From: Patescibacteria group bacterium
Lineage (GTDB): Bacteria; Patescibacteriota; Patescibacteriia; XYB2-FULL-38-15
Length of the DNA stretch: 57,399 nucleotides
NCBI GenBank assembly: GCA_041737355.1
Contig: JBGSRW010000004.1
Span: 1-57,399 of the forward strand
Reading direction: 5' to 3'
The notes under the pieces were generated by a model. That model saw only the letters and a list, made by a program, of their open reading frames with translations, was not told the origin of the DNA and did not search any database. Shown piece by piece: positions 56,539 through 57,399 of this stretch. How positions within the stretch are numbered: the first letter of the stretch is position 1; each line of letters starts with the position of its first letter. A program made the position numbers and the translations under genes.

Positions 56539-57201
56539 CTATAAACCGTACTCCGGCTTCTCGAAAATTTTAATTTTATCGAAAGGCCATCCCCTTACCC
56601 AGACTTTCCCGACAATATATTTTTCATCTATCGGACCGAAACTCCGCGAATCAAAACTGGCCAAACGGTTATCTCCCATAACGAAATACTCCTTCGATCC
56701 CAGGGAAACCGTCCTGTCCCCGAAAGTCTTAACGCCGGAATCCAAGTATTTCTCCGTCAGAACCGTCCCGTTGCTATTATCTTTATTATAAATGGTCACG
56801 CTTCCGTCTTTTATCTGCACCGTTTCACCGGGCAAACCAATAACTCTTTTTATAAAATACTGGCTCGTATCCCTGGGGTACTTAAAAACAACTATATCCC
56901 CTCTCCCAGGCTCGCCGAACCGATAACTTATTTCGTTGATAATCAAATATTCGTGATCATAAAAATTCGGTTCCATTGAAGCGCCTTTGACATAAAAAGG
57001 CTGAATCAAAAAATAACGGACCGGAATAATTATTGCCAAAGAAATCAAAACCACTTTTATAATTTCCAAAATATACTCCGTCGCTTTTTTCAGTTTTGAC
57101 GATTCCTTGTTTCCGGCCGGGATAACCGGGTTATCGTTTTGCGGAAGAACCGATTTGTCCCCGTCTATTTTATTTTCTTTATCTTTGCCAAAAAAGGCCA
57201 T
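56539..57201 (-). CDS. lepB: Signal peptidase I
   Basis: S26 motifs GASMEPNF (catalytic Ser), KRVIGLPGE (Lys box) and GDNRLASFDSR, with an N-terminal TM helix. ATG at 57201 is preferred to the TTG at 57297. Confidence 0.85.
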   Translation of the reverse strand: MAFFGKDKENKIDGDKSVLPQNDNPVIPAGNKESSKLKKATEYILEIIKVVLISLAIIIPVRYFLIQPFYVKGASMEPNFYDHEYLIINEISYRFGEPGRGDIVVFKYPRDTSQYFIKRVIGLPGETVQIKDGSVTIYNKDNSNGTVLTEKYLDSGVKTFGDRTVSLGSKEYFVMGDNRLASFDSRSFGPIDEKYIVGKVWVRGWPFDKIKIFEKPEYGL

Positions 57202-57399
57202 AGCTTGATGACTTAGTGATAAAATAACAAATAAATTGATTGGTATTTTTTCTGACAATGGTGTTTGTTGGACGAAATCCGAACCTTTTTTGAGCAAAAT
57301 CCAGAGGATTTTGCGGATTGAATCCCGCCCAGCGTTTCCGCCCGCCTGACGGCGAGCAAAACAGAAAAATTTTCTCTACATTTTTTTAATCGCCTGCCC

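Noticed and set aside
57313-57370. A T-arm-like GCGGATTGAATCCCGC and, on the minus strand, GTCAGGCGGGCGGAAACGC. I considered a tRNA, tmRNA or SRP-RNA fragment near the window end.
   Set aside because: The stem is only 4 bp with an 8-nt loop, and no acceptor or anticodon arms can be drawn. The SRP domain IV consensus (GGAA...AGCA symmetric loop) is not matched. The region is cut by the window edge, so I make no call.
1-57399. I looked for CRISPR arrays, rRNA genes, transposases or integrases, reverse transcriptase/DGR template-variable repeat pairs, and toxin-antitoxin-sized gene pairs.
   Set aside because: I saw no regularly spaced direct repeats, no rRNA-like sequence, and no recombinase, RT, DDE or tyrosine-integrase motifs in any supported ORF. 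The repeats present are protein-coding modules (TSP3-like, CGNG, poly-Gly) rather than non-coding arrays.

Overview
This is a compact, gene-dense segment. Every CDS from 18.7 kb to 57.3 kb is on the minus strand. By inference it comes from a small-genome anaerobic bacterium, most consistent with Candidate Phyla Radiation/Patescibacteria (Parcubacteria-like). The genetic code looks standard: RF2 is intact and unframeshifted, and TGA serves as a stop.

Housekeeping genes I can support: radA, a 3-methyladenine glycosylase, recG, tRNA-Arg(GCG), a tRNA-Ser(GCU)/tRNA-Ser(UGA) pair behind a perfect consensus promoter, comFC, rsmA, an MFS transporter, an NDP-sugar epimerase, prfB, an HtrA protease, ogt, nrdG/nrdD, ftsZ/ftsA, dgkA, ybeY, yqeY-rpsU, hisS and lepB.

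Accessory content is the interesting part:
1. A minimal type-IV-secretion-like membrane module at 6.7-17.7 kb. It has VirB4, a PrgI/VirB3-like protein, a VirB6/TrbL-like protein with a long coiled-coil tail, a candidate VirB8-like protein and several unassignable proteins. No coupling protein, relaxase or VirB11 is present.
2. A shared VirB2/TrbC-like pilin N-terminal module joined by poly-Gly linkers to very different passengers: a 3030-aa cysteine-rich giant and a 639-aa Ig-like protein. A truncated SLT lytic transglycosylase at the window start appears to carry the last helix of the same module.
3. A second giant secreted Cys-rich protein of 2968 aa.
4. Four thrombospondin-type-3-like calcium-repeat membrane proteins flanking the giants.
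5. A roughly 0.9 kb GC-rich, apparently foreign island encoding a PEGA-domain lipoprotein.
6. A class III RNR whose glycyl-radical motif lies in a separate 43-codon ORF rather than in nrdD.

I saw no CRISPR array, rRNA, integrase or transposase.
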